64,000 nucleotides of DNA from Paraspadella gotoi. Its lineage: Eukaryota > Animalia > Chaetognatha. The translations under genes and the position numbers were made by a program. The stretch lies in contig JBJCIZ010000028.1 in NCBI GenBank assembly GCA_051294375.1, positions 1,115,576-1,179,575 on the forward strand, in the 5' to 3' direction. The notes under the pieces are model-generated. The model was not told the DNA's origin and did not search any database. It worked only from the letters and a program-made list of their open reading frames with translations. Positions 61,791-64,000 of this stretch are shown piece by piece; the first letter of the stretch is position 1; every line of letters begins with the position of its first letter.

Positions 61791-64000
61791 TCAGTCAAGA
61801 ATCTTCGGCGCTCCGTTGGAAGCTGCGTCGGCGGCGGCGGCGGCGTTCGCTGCGGAGTCAGCAGCAGCGGCGTCCTTCCACCCGGCGCAGAGTTTCAAGG
61901 CGCAGGGACGAAATTCGAACATCGACAGCCGCGTCGCCCGCCAGCGCAGGAAAATAGCGGCGCCGAGGAACCACGAATGCAGCGGTGCCAGGAGGAACTG
62001 CAAGGCGCCGTAGGGCGCCGGGCGAAAGAGAAGAGTCGCCGAGTGATAGGACAAAAAGAGGAGAGCGAACCAATGAGAGGCCAAGAAACGAAGAGCCTTT
62101 CGCCAAAGGGGAGAGGGGGAAGAGGAAGAGGATTTCTTGAGGACGAATTGGAGACGGCGATCGACGCAGCGGCCGAGATGGACGAGGAAGGGGAGGAGGA
62201 ACCAAAGTAGGTAGGCTATGCCTGGGAGGAGGAGGAAAGGAAAGTTAAATATTGGAAGAAGGTAGTCTATATCTGAGAGGAGGAAGAGAAATTTGCATAT
62301 TGTAGTCTAGCCAAATTTTAAAACAAGTTTTTTGTAGAGAAAATTAATAATAAATTTAAACTTTAACAAAAATTATTTTTTTCACAAGGCCTGAGAAAGG
62401 GTCTATTGGTACTCAGCTTTCAGGGGGTCAAATAAAAGAAAAAACAAGCAGGATTAAAAGTTTTGTGAATGTCCTCGAACCTGTGGCATAGGTGGTGTGC
62501 ATCGGCAGGAATTTCCCGTCGACGAGAAGACCGTGCAAGAAGATGAGGCCAAGATGATCGCGGGTCACGTGGGCGATGAACCAGGGACCGAGCAACATGT
62601 AGACAAAGGCCACTGGAAGGCGAGGAGGTCAACTATGATTTTTAAATATTTCATGCCAGGTAAAAAGCTAAGTTGAAAATAAGATTTTTTTACTTAGAGG
62701 CAAGATGAAATGAAAAAGCTTGGTTCCAAATAGCTTGCTACTTACAAAGGATGAGGTGAAAAAGCTTGGTTCCAAATAGCTTGCTACTTACAAAGGATGA
62801 GGTGAAAAAGCTTGGTTCTAAATAGATTGCTACTTACAAAAGATGAGGTGAAAAAGCTTGGTTCCAAATAGCTTGCTACTTACAAAGGATGAGGTGAAAA
62901 AGCCTGGTTCCAAATAGCTTGCTACTTACCCAGTACGAGGTAAAAAGCTTGATTCCAGATCGAAACGAAGAACAAAGATCTGAAGACGAACTCGACGACG
63001 ACGAGCGGAAGATTAAAAGGAAAAGAAAAGAAGTTAATCGATTGGAATTTGGGGAAGAGAGAAGGAGAGAGACGGAAGAGGAGGAGGGGGAAGAGGAGGA
63101 GCGAATAGCAGACGCCAAAGATGCATTTCAAGATGGCGCTGAGGTCGCTTAGGAGGAGGAGGCGGTTGAGGAACCGGAACTCGAGGTGGGCGTGGCCTGG
63201 GAGGAAAGGGGCGAGATAAGGAGGAGAGGGGGATGAGAGAAAGAAGAAAGGGGAGAGATAAAGAGGGGAGAAAGAGAGAGGGAGGAGTGAAAGAGGAGAG
63301 AAAGAGGCGAGGGGAGAGAGAGACGGGCGTGAAGGAAAAAAGGTTAACGAAAAGGAAATAATCAATGGAAAATAAAATCATAAGTCAAAATAACAATTAT
63401 TATAAAAATTGTGAAACCCCATAAACTGACCAGAGACGGAAAAGTCTTGACTCAACGACCTCGTTCTCCCTTTTGCGTCGGTGGCCTCGACCCGAAGGGA
63501 ATGAGTTCCGGGCGAGAGAGATTTGGGGTTCCAGGCGACGACGAATAGAGGAGACTCGCCTGATCGATTGGCGAAGCCTAAGAAGCCTGGCGAGGAGGAA
63601 GAGGAGGTGAGGTAAGTCTGGGTAAGTTAGAACCGAAAAGAGAAAAGAAGGATAACCCAGACTCAAGCGGAATACTTAGTTCTGAACGAACCTTGCCCTC
63701 GCGACGTGATTGAACACTTATTGGCAGGGCATGGCTGGGCATGGCATGACGGGTCGGCTTATCGTAGGGACTCGAATAACTTAACGGAAGAGGCAGCTCG
63801 AAAATGGAGACGCCGATGTAGGATTCCTTCTTCCCCCTCAACATAACCTTTACCCATCGACCTTTACCCATCAACCTTTACCCATCAACCTTTACCCATC
63901 AACCTTTACCCATCAACCTTTACCTTCATCGATGAAGACTTCGATGTCTCGGAATTGGACGTCGGAAAAAGCGAGGATCCGAACGTGAGAACTTTGGCGA
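61791..64000 (-). CDS. TMEM62: Transmembrane protein 62, 3' exons (5' part outside the window)
   Basis: YMLLGPWFIAHVTRDHLGLIFLHGLLVDGKFLP and PYGALQFLLAPLHSWF resemble the TMEM62 C-terminal TM region; stop at 61791. Confidence 0.72.
62704..62956 (-). repeat. 46-bp tandem repeat (~5 units) of a TMEM62 exon end plus donor
   Basis: CTTAC (donor GTAAG on the minus strand) recurs at 62741, 62787, 62833, 62879 and 62925. Confidence 0.9.
63846..63924 (-). repeat. 14-bp tandem repeat (GTAAAGGTTGATGG) starting at a splice donor
   Basis: AACCTTTACCCATC repeated 5-6 times directly after GATGAAG|GTAAAG. Confidence 0.85.

Overview
Gene-dense window from a compact animal genome (intron-containing genes, probably invertebrate), with N gaps and scattered indel-type errors. 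Fourteen consecutive host genes all lie on the minus strand. In transcription order they are TMEM62 (partial), ACADVL, TMEM147, SNF8, an unknown gene, COMMD8, WASHC2/FAM21, RNF146, AK2, an unknown gene, CUL2, RNF215, an LRR protein and CDK14 (partial). Several are only 200-500 bp apart with splice acceptors just ahead of the ATG, which suggests a trans-spliced operon. Mobile DNA includes a full-length DIRS1-type tyrosine-recombinase retrotransposon whose internal complementary region sits at the 5' end instead of the 3' end. There is also a family of miniature LTR elements whose LTRs carry a tRNA-like Pol III module (one full TRIM plus solo LTRs with 4-bp TSDs), a TA-flanked MITE and a tRNA-type SINE. 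Tandem repeats that copy an exon end plus its 5' splice site recur in five genes. A ~5-kb inverted duplication of the 5' part of CDK14 is probably an assembly artefact. All calls come from reading the sequence and recalling protein families; no searches were run.
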